A stretch of 63,487 nt of DNA, counting the filler, from Salisapilia sapeloensis CBS 127946 (lineage: Eukaryota; Protista; Oomycota), in NCBI GenBank assembly GCA_023334545.1. It is 11 parts of 11 records of this genome, joined end to end, with 100 filler letters (N's around TTAATTAATTAA, not from the genome) between each part and the next. Parts side by side here need not be neighbours in the genome. Positions count along the whole stretch, not along the records: positions 37,182 to 56,485 come from JAADVB010000310.1; positions 56,586 to 60,265 come from JAADVB010000731.1; positions 60,366 to 62,097 come from JAADVB010001061.1; 8 more parts are not named here. One strand, given 5' to 3'. This document shows, one piece after another, positions 49,926 to 61,689 of the stretch. Under the pieces are notes generated by a model. The model searched no databases, was not told the DNA's origin, and saw only the letters and a program-made list of their open reading frames with translations. Position numbers and translations under genes: made by a program. Position 1 is the first letter of the stretch; every line of letters starts with the position of its first letter.

Positions 49926-51534
49926 ATGGAAAACATCTACCAGGCACTCGGCTCCAGCACGAGTTCCAGTGAACGGTCGAGACGGGCAAGCGCGACGTTC
50001 GAATCCAAACCTGTGACTAAAAGCATCGAGCCTTCGCCCGTTGCAACAGGAGATGGAGGTCGGCCAGGAACCTACTCGCTTGTCGTCTCTGGAACGACCT
50101 TTCACATCGACAACAAGTACAAATATCTCAAAGTCATCGGCCATGGAGCCTACGGAGTCGTCATGTACTCGCAATCTTCACCACTACGTAACTATTCATC
50201 TGACTTGTATGTTCTAGCTCGGCACTGGACACCGAGACAAACGATAAGGTGGCGATTAAGAAAATTCCAAAGGCATTCGACGATCTCGTCGACGCCAAGC
50301 GGATCCTGCGGGAAATCAAGCTCCTGCAGCACTTTGATCACGAAAACATTATTAATATTGTAGACCTCTCGCCTCCGCCTTCTGCGGAGGAATTTGAAGA
50401 CGTCTACATCATCTCGGACCTCATGGAAGCAGACATGCACCGGATCATCTACTCGTGCCAGCCGCTCACAGACGACCACGTCCAATACTTTCTCTACCAA
50501 GTAATGCTCTTCGCTACTTGAACTCAAAGTCATATCTAACGTTCTAATTTTCCTGCATCCACAGCTTCTTCGAGCGATCAAGTACATGCACTCGGCCAAC
50601 GTGCTGCATCGAGACCTCAAGCCTTCCAACCTTCTTCTGAACTCCAACTGCGACCTAAAAGTATGCGACTTTGGACTCGGCCGAGGCGTCGAACCGGATG
50701 AAAACAACACTGAGTTGACAGAATACGTCGTCACTCGATGGTATCGAGCCCCAGAGATCATGCTATCCATCAAAGAGTACTCAAAAGCCATTGACGTCTG
50801 GTCCGCCGGATGCATCTTCGCAGAGCTACTAGGTCGGAAACCTCTCTTCCCAGGCGACGACTATATCCACCAGCTCCAGCTCATCTGCGAGAAACTAGGC
50901 ACTCCTTCCGAGAGCGACATGCACTTCATCACGAACGACAAGGCTCTGCAGTTCATGCGCAAACAGCCCATTCGACCCGGTGTCAAGTTCCAGCGGCTGT
51001 ATCCGGATGCATCACCAGACGCCATCGACCTGCTGGAGCGCATGCTCATCTTTGATCCGTCCAAGCGCATCTCCATCACAGAAGCCCTTGCGCATCCGTA
51101 CCTAGAGTCACTCCACAGCGAAGATGACGAGCCTTGTGCCGACAGCGTCTTTAGCTTTGACTTTGAGCGAGAAGATCTGACTAAGGAGCGACTGCAAGAG
51201 CTAGTGTTAGAGTACGACGGAACCTTTCTAGTAGCCTGCACTCGTACTTAACCATCGTATTGGAGTAGAGAGGTGAGAACGTTTCATCCCGAAGCTCCTA
51301 GGAGGATCCGCGTGAAGCATCTGGACACCGAGGCTACAGAGACGGAGAGCGAGCCGAAAGAGACCCAAGTGCAGAGCCCACGGTATGCACCATCGATCCT
51401 TCATTCATGCTTGTGCTGCCTCAAATAAAGTACTGCGGACCGGTTTTGATACTTAATTGACCTCTTTCTATGCGTGCGATATGTGTTGCTCGACGTGAAG
51501 AATTACTGATGACGAGAAGAAAGCTCCAATGTAG
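49926..51534 (+). CDS. Mitogen-activated protein kinase (TEY type), multi-exon
   Basis: [38 protein letters not shown]; introns 50165-50217, 50501-50564, 51212-51268; last exon tentative; in-frame upstream ATG at 49755. Confidence 0.92.
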
Positions 51535-52295
51535 GCTCCTGGCGAAAAGTGCCCACGCGAGCGCAGAGCAACCCAACTATTCCTAATTGATTAATAGACA
51601 TAGTGAAAATCACTACCTGGTGTCCATCAATACGTCTAGAAAGATATACTCTATGCGATACACAGCGCTGTGGCCAAGAACAATAGACATACTCAAGCCA
51701 TCATCACTCTGTGTTAAACACTTGCAGACATGCAACTCGCAATGTAGCGATCTAGGCGCTTCTACGACAAAGCGTATGCGCCACCCTGGAGACAATGGGC
51801 GCTGGCATGCTTGATGGTATGTTGCAAGCAGGTCATCAAAGCAGGGACAAATGGGATTTGGAAAGTTGGGCTTCGCGTGCCAACTATGCGATTTACAAAA
51901 GTATTGAACGAAATACTTGCTTTGGTTAGATATCGTCGTTCGCGCATCAGGCTACCTTATAAACATAGCTGCTTGAAGCAAAACGACAGCTACTTGCAAT
52001 GGACGATAACGAATATGCGTACGAAGCGATGCTGGTGTAGTCAATTTTTTCATCGTACACCAATCTGTGCAATTGACGGTACTTGCTAAAGACTGTAGGC
52101 AGTATATTTGATGCTGCGACAGCATGCACTCGGTAAGTCTGTTCTCACGAATAAGAGTTGTAGTGGCGACAGAGCAATCCGAATTTCCATCTGTCGGGAA
52201 AGCGTGCCTTTGTCGATCACATCCGATCTACCGAGCCAGCATGGTCCAAGCCCCAGCTTATTACTCACTGGCAATGCACCAAACGGAGATAGAAA

Positions 52296-52313
52296 GCTCA
52301 TTATTCAATTTGC
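52296..52313 (+). promoter_or_regulatory. Oomycete-type INR + FPR core promoter element
   Basis: GCTCATTATTCAATTTGC about 35-50 bp upstream of the pectate lyase ATG; matches GCTCATT initiator plus MWTTTNC. Confidence 0.7.
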
Positions 52314-52347
52314 TCTCAACTTTTAATTCAAAGATCTTCAACTTAAA

Positions 52348-53118
52348 ATGAAAGCTGTCTCCACTTCCATCGCTGCTATCTTCGCCTCGGTCGCTGCTGT
52401 GAACGCTGCTTCCATTCCAGACGGCACATGGCCTCAAAGTACGGGTACCGTTGAGCACAACGGCGTCATTGTCGTCCGCTCTGGCGAAACCTTCGACGGG
52501 AAGATGCAGACGTACCAGCGTTCCGACATGGGATGCAGTGAACAAGCGGAAGGCACGTGGCGCGACGCCATGTTCAGGTTGGAAGCTGGTGCCACCCTCA
52601 AGAATGTCATCATCGGTGAGAACCAGGCGGAGGGTGTCCACTGCAACGATCACGACTGCAACTTGGAGAACGTCTGGTGGGACGATGTCTGTGAAGATGC
52701 GTGGACGATCAAGAACGGAAAGTCATCCAGTGTGTCCAAAATCTCCGGCGGTGGTGCTCGTTACGCAGAGGACAAGGTGGTCCAATTCAATGGCGAAGGT
52801 CTGGTCGTTATCGACAACTTTTACGTCGAGGACTTTGGAAAGCTCGCTCGTTCGTGTGGTACCTGCGGTGACAAGCAGCGTAACTTTGAGATCTCCAATG
52901 TGTTGGCCGTCGATCCTAAAGTTTCTCTCGTCACTGTGAACGAAAACTTTGGTGATACCGCAACGTTGAAAAACATCCATATCAAATCCGACGACGACGA
53001 CGTGACGGTGTGCGCGTGGAGCAAAGGTACCAGCCACGGCGAGCCAGACGAGCTTGGAGAAGGCATCAAGAAGGGACTTTGCAACTACTCTGAGAGCGAC
53101 ATCCACATCAACGAGTAA
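52348..53118 (+). CDS. Secreted pectate lyase, polysaccharide lyase family 3
   Basis: Signal peptide; GATLKNVIIG, EGVHC, NVWWDDVCEDA, DKVVQFNG, FGKLARSCG; 256 aa. Confidence 0.95.
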   Translation: MKAVSTSIAAIFASVAAVNAASIPDGTWPQSTGTVEHNGVIVVRSGETFDGKMQTYQRSDMGCSEQAEGTWRDAMFRLEAGATLKNVIIGENQAEGVHCNDHDCNLENVWWDDVCEDAWTIKNGKSSSVSKISGGGARYAEDKVVQFNGEGLVVIDNFYVEDFGKLARSCGTCGDKQRNFEISNVLAVDPKVSLVTVNENFGDTATLKNIHIKSDDDDVTVCAWSKGTSHGEPDELGEGIKKGLCNYSESDIHINE

Positions 53119-54878
53119 ATGGAGTCGGTTTTATCAATCGCGTAAACAAATTCATCCCTTTTAATTCAGCAATCTTTGTTCCTCCGACTATACGACCATC
53201 AGTACTAGACCGAGATATGTTGATGTCTACGCAAAGATGGAATTGTAAGAGCTTGCTATCCTACGCTGCGTCCACCTATGGGGTGCATCGATAGATTCGA
53301 GGGTGACATGCTAACCAAATTCAAGGTACATACTATTCGTCTTAGCTTTCGTTTGTTCACATCTTGAATTTAATACGCTTAACGTGCCAAGTGTGTAGCT
53401 AGTGCGAATGCGTAAGGCCGCTCCAAGCCCAAACTAAGCGTAACGTTGCTAAGTTACCACAATAAAGTTTTATTACATCCAGGAAAGGCAAATGAAAATT
53501 GGACTACATAAATATATTTAAGAGATAGTCGTATCATTTCGAAACAAAGTAGAGCTTCTTACATCGCGAAGGGCATCAACTTTGGCAACTTTAATCAGCT
53601 ATGATACTGTGTGTTATTCAAGATACTCTACGTTTTACATTGGCTCTTAATTGAAGATTTGTCTGTAGCAATTATGATCGAGCTTTTTCAACCTCGTTGC
53701 AACTAGTTATCTAAGAGATGGCATTCAAAGGAGCATGCTTAACCTATAAATTGTGGTAAAAACAGAAGTGTGCATTTTCCACGCTACAAGCTGAAAGAAA
53801 TATATGCGTTGGATCGAGAAGTCACTAATATGCATAGCGTCAGATGCGGCTACTGCGTACACTTAAGCATAACACCTCAAGGATATGCGATCGATCAAAC
53901 CACCATGAGCGCGGCCAAAATTGGTGTGACACGCGCTTTGTCATTTAGGATGACTATATGGTAAAGCACACGACTAAATTTGGCTCTTGGTATCCTCTTC
54001 ACTTTCGTGTAGAGCTCATATTGTAGAGTTGTTTCGTGTGTAGCGAACAGTGTCGGTAAAGCTTTCCATCAAAGGTGCAGACCCCCTTTAGGTAAACGAC
54101 ATCTAGCCGTGCCGAGCGTAATCTACTTTCGATATCCTTGGTCAATAGTCATACCCTGGGCCATCGTTCAGCAAAGAGTAATTCCAAAGTTGTCCTTCGT
54201 ATACTACCAGGTGCCACGACCAACAGCACGATGATGCTATCCGGATGTACGATTTTGTCACTGCAGTAGCCCGAATCGTTAAACGTCCACATGAACATTT
54301 CGCTTATTACTTACACCTAGAGTTGGATGATTCATGGCAACTACTCGAAGTTGAAAGCGATATACGTGGCCTAGAATAGCCCAGCTCGCACATCCGGTTA
54401 CGTGGGCACAATCGAAGATCGTATGATGCCGTGGACTATCTTGCATTAATCGTGCCACAGGCACTGCACTCACTACGAACCTAGAGAGCACAACACAGAA
54501 GTACGCAATTCGTAATGGCTATCCTATGTATGCTTGGAATGGCTCTATTCAAATTTACGCGCGCTGCTTCGATATGTACTTAACCATTTTGATGTAGTCG
54601 ATTAAGAGGTTGACATATATGCCATTAGTCTAGACCATGCCATTCACACTCATGTCGTTTCTACGTCTAGCGCGTTAACTTCCTGGCTCAAGCTACTGTG
54701 GAGTAATGTCGATGATGTATAGAGAAGTCCACACTGGTCGGCTAAAGTCAGATGACTCACTGGATCGAAAACTGATCTGGTCTGGTAAGCACGCAAAGTC
54801 TTTCGCTCCATTTGCTTCAGCCTCACGTCCATTCTACAAATTGCATCTCATCGAAAAGACTCGACAGTCTCAAACACG

Positions 54879-56135
54879 ATGCCATCGATGGAGAAAGTTT
54901 TGGCCGACGGGCCAACGAGTGTAGGGCTAGGACCAGAGTCTGAAGCCGTATTAAAGGACATGACCGACGAAATTCTGCAAGAAACAATGACAGATTTTGA
55001 CACGCATCGAGATAAACACGATCGACGAGTGGACACGGAATATTGGAAACCTGTCCAGCGAGTTGACCATTGGCAAATGTTTCAAGATCGAAGAAACATT
55101 CGTGAGACTCCACGTATGCTCAAGACACCACGCGGTGGTTACACGGTCACCGATCCTAACCAATCCGTTCCTAAATTCCTTCTCGTGGGTAAAGTTCCAG
55201 GTACGGTAGGTGACTTCCAATTAGGAGATCTCTCAGCCACAGCTTCGGATTGGAAAGCTCGATCCATGTACGTTGGAGACAATTTAGTGAACATCCGTTA
55301 CCTGTGTACACTCGAAGAGCCGACTGCAGAGAATCCGTATCAGAGTTGCGCCATCGTATGGATTGCCATGGGTAGTTCGATTATCCCGTTCGTCGATACG
55401 AGAGACATATTGATGATCTTTAGAAAGGGTATGACGGAGGGAAAAGACGGCGAACAAATCGGCTACTTTATCGCACATTCGGTTGATATCCGTGAGACTC
55501 TTGCAAACAACGGAGTCGTGCGAGCAAAGGGCTCTTTCTGCTACCTCCGACGTCAGATGGATGATAACTTTGTCGAGCTGTATCATACTGGTTTCATGGC
55601 AACAATGGGGTCGATTCCGGAATTAGCATCGACCAAAGCTGTGAGCATGTTTCTTGCAACATCGGTGCAAGTCGGCGAGGCTGGTGTGTCCAGAAAGCTT
55701 CGTTCGATGATGCAACGATCATTTAAAAACCGATCTACACTAAGCCAAACGTCAGCGTCGGACTGCGCTGGTGGTTGTGGATCTGGAAAATCTTTGATCA
55801 GCCATGGCGTTTGTGTTATCTGTCAACAGCGACTTTGCAGTCATTGCAAAACGCGCCGCCGGATTATCATTAATCTAGATCGTGACGTTTTGAAGGCCAA
55901 AACCTTTGCGTTCTGCAAGGGATGCATTTTAACTGCGCGTCGAACAGATACAGAAGAGTGCATCCGTGCGGATTTAGAATCGTCGATTGCCGATTCGCCA
56001 TATCTGGATGTAGACAGTCTTACGATAGCATCCACCTCCGAGTCAGACATGACAACGAAAAGTGCTAATAGTACTCTGGATCTTTCGTACGTTGGACCAT
56101 CTAGCACCCCTACATCGGAGCGATCTGCTAGCTGA
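54879..56135 (+). CDS. Oomycete START-like + degenerate FYVE domain protein
   Basis: WKPVQRVDHWQMF, GKVPGTV, IGYFIAHSVD, Cys-pair zinc finger CVICQQRLCSHC...FCKGC. Confidence 0.85.
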   Translation: MPSMEKVLADGPTSVGLGPESEAVLKDMTDEILQETMTDFDTHRDKHDRRVDTEYWKPVQRVDHWQMFQDRRNIRETPRMLKTPRGGYTVTDPNQSVPKFLLVGKVPGTVGDFQLGDLSATASDWKARSMYVGDNLVNIRYLCTLEEPTAENPYQSCAIVWIAMGSSIIPFVDTRDILMIFRKGMTEGKDGEQIGYFIAHSVDIRETLANNGVVRAKGSFCYLRRQMDDNFVELYHTGFMATMGSIPELASTKAVSMFLATSVQVGEAGVSRKLRSMMQRSFKNRSTLSQTSASDCAGGCGSGKSLISHGVCVICQQRLCSHCKTRRRIIINLDRDVLKAKTFAFCKGCILTARRTDTEECIRADLESSIADSPYLDVDSLTIASTSESDMTTKSANSTLDLSYVGPSSTPTSERSAS

Positions 56136-56274
56136 ACGACTTCAGATATTACGCTTTGAGATCGCAGCTTCAACAATGCAACTTCAATACGTTAATCTTA
56201 ATCTTGGTGACTTCATCATGAGGATGGCCAGCGATCATAGACTGATAATCACAGTCCTAGAGTAGATATCATGC

Positions 56275-56485
56275 TCAATCCGTTAAACTTAAAGGATTGG
56301 TTTCACTTTGAACTTCATGATGCTTGAGTTTTAATCCCATCCCGTTGGACGTGTCTGCCGGCATGGAGAAGCCTTGGGACATCAGCATGTTGTGCGTCGG
56401 CATCTGGGCACTCCCATTGGACGCGTCACCGGCAGGGCGTTGGCCGGCAGCATCTCGTAGCATCGAATGAAAGCTATCCATGGTC
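56275..56485 (-). CDS. Possible C-terminal fragment of a gene cut by the gap
   Basis: Open frame running into the gap; GC-rich; no motif. Confidence 0.2.
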
Positions 56486-56585
56486 NNNNNNNNNNNNNNN
56501 NNNNNNNNNNNNNNNNNNNNNNNNNNNNNTTAATTAATTAANNNNNNNNNNNNNNNNNNNNNNNNNNNNNNNNNNNNNNNNNNNN
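56486..56585. other. Assembly spacer
   Basis: Same 100-bp N/linker structure. Confidence 0.99.
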
Positions 56586-56879
56586 AAACCCGAAGTTCGT
56601 GAAAAGAATTGGTTGATGGAAGTAAAGTATTAACATACACGAAAGACAAAGTAATTAAGCCTTGTTGCATTGGTATTGGTCAGCCAATGAAAGGAGTCGT
56701 CAGAGACAGACTCTGCAAATGACGATGTACTATAAACCAAAGGGGCCAAATGCACACGAGTGCAAGATCAAAATATCATGATAAAGTGTATTTTATCAAA
56801 GTTTTCTGCGAATCATTCCAAGTCTTTTAGCGCGCTTAAATCGCTATGCATGTACTAAGCTTTCCGCCTTCATTTATTT

Positions 56880-58415
56880 CTAAGTGTTTGAATCATCCTG
56901 TCGAAGTCGCAGCTCAGTCATCTTCAGCCACGCCAGTTGCCGACCACGCTCTTGATCGTTGAGAGAAAGCTCGGAGATGCTACCCCTCCATACATTCTCA
57001 ATCATCGTATTCAACTCATCTTCATCCTCTGCACCTCCCTGTGCGGAGGCATCTTCACCCGAGGACCGTCTTTTTGACTCGATAACTCGAGCGTTATTAC
57101 TAGATGATGTAAACTGAGCAAACGTGCTTAGTGAGCCTTCCGTCGATGGGCTACGTTGGTCATTCTCGAACTCGTAGACCTCACCAGCGCAGGATTCTTT
57201 GCCGGCTAGATCACTCAATCCTTCGGTCATCTGTGAGATCCTAGATGGCTCAACGACGGTGGATCCACTGCCTTCCTTCTCGTACCGCCCCGCTCGAATT
57301 TCCTGTCGAGCTACTTTATACGAGCTGACTTGGTTAGTGAGCTCATCGCAAATGGGGCAAAGGTGAACCTTCTTAGCCATGAGCTTTAACTTGGGAACGA
57401 CGTCGAATAGCTCAATGGGAAGAACGCACTTCCGGCAGATGAATGAGTCACACAAAGTACATGGGTAGGCTTTGCGTAAGGGGCCAAACTGCTTTTTGCA
57501 GGATCGACATTCCGACTTGTTTCCACTTCCACTGCTGCCGATCAAGTCCACGACATCATCCTTGTTCACATTTTTCCTCTGAAGGAGCCACGACAGTTTT
57601 TTCCTTTTTGCACACTGGGCTGATGACCAGTTGTCCATAAGTGCACTAGCCAAGGTGACAACGGCAATAGAGTCAAGAATGTTATATCCAGTTACTTCAT
57701 AGTATGCTTTGGTAAACACTTCAACCGATTGATCCGAAGTGGGCTTGAAAAGAACACAAGATGAGAGACGGGATCGTATGATGCCTTGCCCTTCAAGCGG
57801 AGGAGTAGAAGGCAAGTCGACTGAATGCATCAGATTGTACCCAATACGTTCGTCTTTATTGACTTGGAGGATTCCAGTCGCTCGAATATAGACAACATCT
57901 CGGTCTTTGACAACCCCTCGGAGTGCTGGACTTGGGCTACCAGCATGCCATTGGAGAACAGTACAGCGATATGGGTGCTCGAGGTCTGGCTTCTCAATCG
58001 TTGAAATAATCTGTGAGTCCGTCACTGGCGATCCCGCGTAGTTCATACCTTGCAAAGTTGCTGCTTCGTCGCCGTATGCAAGACCGAATAATAGATCATC
58101 CATACTGCGTGATATCGTCCCATTACCGACGATGACACGAGGCATTTGCCAGCCTGCACCATCAGTGTATGAATCTTTCACCGCGCGTCTAAGCGGATTT
58201 CGCTCACGGTACATGGTCACATTGTTCGATGACTTGATCGGCTTCCAGCGTTTTTCATCCATTCTGCGAGGTACCGAATGATCAAACTTATGATAGTGCC
58301 GGAGCGCCTCATGAACAAGTATCATCGCGATGCGCTTGCAATCAGCCTTTTTTTCCTCGGAGAGAGTCAAGTCTTCGTACGCGGCTGCTGTCCACTGTGT
58401 CGTCATGGGCTTCAA
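56880..58415 (-). CDS. Oomycete START-like + FYVE domain protein
   Basis: WKPIKSSNNVTMYRE, KDRDVVYI, IGYNLMHSVD, CRSCKKQF...CTLCDSFICRKC...CPIC; 511 aa. Confidence 0.9.
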   Translation of the reverse strand: MKPMTTQWTAAAYEDLTLSEEKKADCKRIAMILVHEALRHYHKFDHSVPRRMDEKRWKPIKSSNNVTMYRERNPLRRAVKDSYTDGAGWQMPRVIVGNGTISRSMDDLLFGLAYGDEAATLQGMNYAGSPVTDSQIISTIEKPDLEHPYRCTVLQWHAGSPSPALRGVVKDRDVVYIRATGILQVNKDERIGYNLMHSVDLPSTPPLEGQGIIRSRLSSCVLFKPTSDQSVEVFTKAYYEVTGYNILDSIAVVTLASALMDNWSSAQCAKRKKLSWLLQRKNVNKDDVVDLIGSSGSGNKSECRSCKKQFGPLRKAYPCTLCDSFICRKCVLPIELFDVVPKLKLMAKKVHLCPICDELTNQVSSYKVARQEIRAGRYEKEGSGSTVVEPSRISQMTEGLSDLAGKESCAGEVYEFENDQRSPSTEGSLSTFAQFTSSSNNARVIESKRRSSGEDASAQGGAEDEDELNTMIENVWRGSISELSLNDQERGRQLAWLKMTELRLRQDDSNT

Positions 58416-59792
58416 CTCCGCGATAGCGTGCTAATTTGGAAATGCCATGGAAGGACGGTAACAAATCCTGACGTGGAGACGATACGGCGGGAAAGAAGTC
58501 TGGCGTGCTTCTTACACAGTTGCTTTTGTCTCGTTTGATCTACGTTGCGCTAGATTGAGTAGCATAGCTCGAACAGAAAAGTGGCCAATGTAGCTGAAAT
58601 TCGTAGGCTTGTAGAAGTTGAATCGCAAACTTATTATATATCTTCTCGATGAGCGGATAGGCAAACAATACTTTTTTGCGCTAGTATAAAGATAAAGTTG
58701 CTTAAATTGGATGTCCTGCATTGCATCTACCCTTGAGAGCTACCAAAATCAAGCTCAACCTCTTGGAAGAACATGAAAATGACGTCGGCGAAATGTAGGA
58801 ATAGGAGGATACAAGGCGGGATAGATGATGATTCCACGCAACAAGCGAAAAACGGCATATCGTGCCGATCACACGTTGCTCTCTTGCTCTTTGTTTGCGG
58901 GCACCTTTTTATCCTTCGATAGAGGTAAAACCAAGTCTCATATTCCTCGTAGTAACTGCTGATAATAGTTGAACCAGACGTCGAGTAAACAGTATACATC
59001 ATGCTGGTCACTGCGTTCTCTCCTCTTCTACGACTACGACCGTCTTTGTAACTTTCGAGGGAAATGAAGGCAAGGATAAATGACAAAGTAGGAGTATTTA
59101 GTGATATCTTTATCTAGACTACTGTTAATGCAGCTTTTTCGGATCCAGTGGAAACCCAAAATCAGGGCATTTAAAGCGCACCTTGTATCGTGGATTGAGA
59201 CATTATCTACTAAGAGTGGGTCAAGGAACGACAGGAAGATTGATGCTAGGTAAGCCTTGAAGCTCAGGGTGAAAGGGCCAATGAAACCAACGACCTACTG
59301 ATATACATGGCACGATGCTCGGTTTACTTGCAGCCTGAGCATACAAAGACCAACTGGAGGTGGAGAAAAGAACAGCAATCTGTTTTTACTGCAGTAAAAT
59401 TTTTATCCTGTGCATTGAGCAACACTTGTGTTTCCATCGCATGGGCATCGGCACGATACTATGCCCTAAACTGAGGTCTGGTCCAGCGAGGTGACAATAA
59501 CCATGCGTTCTGGCCATGGAGACCGCAGCCAGAGAATGGTACCAGAATGGTTCAGTGATTTGAGGTTCTGTCTAGGGTTTAGTATCGGTCTGGTGAGAAA
59601 ACTAGGCCGTTTTTGACTTTGCTTTTACATTTGTCGGAAAGAAGACGACAATTCATCCGTGATGACAAAAATCCAGACTCCGAGACGTTGATCTGACGGA
59701 GGTACAGGTCGGCAAAGAGCCAAAAATGAGCATTTTTGTGAAAAGTCGATCGGAGACATGCTTCTAGAGATGCGATGAGAACAAGAAGGGTA

Positions 59793-60197
59793 TCATTCGA
59801 TGCGCCGTGGTCGGTTTAGTGGGGATAGGACCCACTCGTTTTAGCTATCTTGAAGTTATGTTGAAGTTAGGGTCGTTTTGAATCCTACAAAGTCGCTTGT
59901 TTGGTATGGTCTCTAGAGAGATAGCCCGTGGTATGGAAGTGTCCGAAATGCTTTGTGCGGTTGTTAATACACGTATGAGGCGATTGACACTGTTTTCAAT
60001 CCTTATCAATCGTCTAGGGTTGTTTTTGCCGGCACAAAGTGGATGGTTGCGAAATGCTGAAGCTGATCGATATTGAACGAGTCCACCGCTTTTTTTCCGC
60101 ATAAATTAGCTCATTCGATGCGCAATGATCGATTTAGTGGGGGTAGAACCCAACAGATTGGTCAGGAGGGGCTTCATGTTGAAGTTATGTTGAAGTT
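59793..60197. repeat. Pair of diverged direct repeats (59793-59868 and 60111-60197)
   Basis: Shared blocks TCATTCGATGCGC, TTTAGTGGGG.TAG.ACCCA and TGAAGTTATGTTGAAGTT in the same order. Confidence 0.7.
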
Positions 60198-60265
60198 TAT
60201 ACTTTGGTGAAGAATCTAGTTGTCCGCATCTTCCACGTTTGTGCGGTACTTCCGTAAGCTTCCAA

Positions 60266-60365
60266 NNNNNNNNNNNNNNNNNNNNNNNNNNNNNNNNNNN
60301 NNNNNNNNNTTAATTAATTAANNNNNNNNNNNNNNNNNNNNNNNNNNNNNNNNNNNNNNNNNNNN
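60266..60365. other. Assembly spacer
   Basis: Same 100-bp N/linker structure. Confidence 0.99.
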
Positions 60366-60479
60366 CCTCCGGCGTCATGCCATGGAACTGTTCCACAATG
60401 GATTGTCCTAAGATGGCTTGCATCTTCTTCAGGACATCCCACTCGGGATCCGATAGGTGAGGGAAATCACTTTTCTGCA
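60366..60479 (-). pseudogene. Start of a frameshifted retrotransposon gag
   Basis: MQKSDFPHLSDPEW, then -1 frame DVLKKMQAILG; resembles the FPHLSD.EW oomycete gag N-terminus; lies just downstream of LTR and PBS. Confidence 0.55.
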
Positions 60480-60542
60480 TTATGAATGCAACGCACAGAG
60501 TTTCAGGTCAATGATCCGCGTAGGTCGATGAAGAACTACAAG

Positions 60543-60550
60543 TGCTACCA
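60543..60550 (-). other. Putative primer-binding site TGGTAGCA
   Basis: 2 nt inside LTR copy 3 on the minus strand; consistent with a tRNA 3' end such as initiator Met (8-nt match only). Confidence 0.5.
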
Positions 60551-60552
60551 AG

Positions 60553-60902
60553 TGTGACGGGAGTCACTACGATAGCCCTTTGAACGTAAGGGAAGCGTTA
60601 AACGCGGAGTATGAAACTCTTGTACTAAAAGTACGGAAGTAGTGTAAGACACTTGTGCTTTACAAAGCAAAATGAGAACTGATTGTATTGAGGCTTAATC
60701 CGAATACTAGACTTAACGTTTCTATATACCTACTAAATCCTAATACAATCTCCTTAATCTTCATCTTAGTATGGAAAGGTCTAACAACCATTCACATTCC
60801 TTGTACCTTTGTATTTGCATCACATGCTCTAACACAAGGACCCACTTCAAGATCCGGAATGTTACCCCAGCTTGGGATACATTATTGTAACGGGAAGTTA
60901 CA
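60553..60902 (-). mobile_element. LTR copy 3 (350 bp), 5' LTR of a truncated element
   Basis: TG...CA ends, matches copies 1 and 2, followed by PBS-like site and gag start. Confidence 0.9.
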
Positions 60903-61689
60903 ATAATGTTATCGTCACCAACGTTACCGGACTGCCGAGCGTCCGGTGGTGTAAGGGTTCCTGACGTGGAGGACTCTTCGCTCATTTAGACCTGTTGAGC
61001 TGCGTGAGGGTTGATAATGGAAGGCCAACGATGACGACTGATTCGAATTTGTGAGTTGTTTTTCACTTGTCTTCACTATAAGTAATTGAACATGAATATG
61101 GAAACTTGGTATATTTCCTTTAGTTCAAACACTTAGAGCAATTATGGTCTAGTAGATGAAAATTTGATTTATTTACTCTTGTTCTGTGTATGAGATCTAC
61201 TGTCTCTATCTACTCAGAGGACACATCATCATGTCGACGCGTCATTACCTCCTCCGTGCTTTAATCGTCGATGCCGATGAATCCCACCTTTTAAATCTAG
61301 AATCGATAGCTTGCACTCGAAATTTACGCATTCTTCAGTGAAGATGTACTCAGAGATTTGTGCAAAAATATAGGTTTGAAAACCTATGTCGCGTTAACGC
61401 ATTCGGCTATAAAATTTACTCTACCTTAGCAAGCGTTCATTAAAATGTCGCAAAGGGAGTAGTGTTTAACGAATATAACTAGCTCTTCATAACGTTCACT
61501 GTCTTACATTGTCATTTTATTATCCTTACTGCATAGCTCAGCATCCGAGCATGGCAAGCCGCTTGTGGAGCGAGCGACAACAACAGGCACGATATACAGA
61601 CAGCAGCAGACAATAGTATCACGTTAATTGCTCTTCTGAAATAACTATACCCGAAAAGAGTAAACGCAACTTCACACCAGCTTTTCCAT

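Noticed and set aside
54000-54300. Coding-like minus-strand stretch with stops
   Set aside because: Could be a pseudogene but no family recognised.
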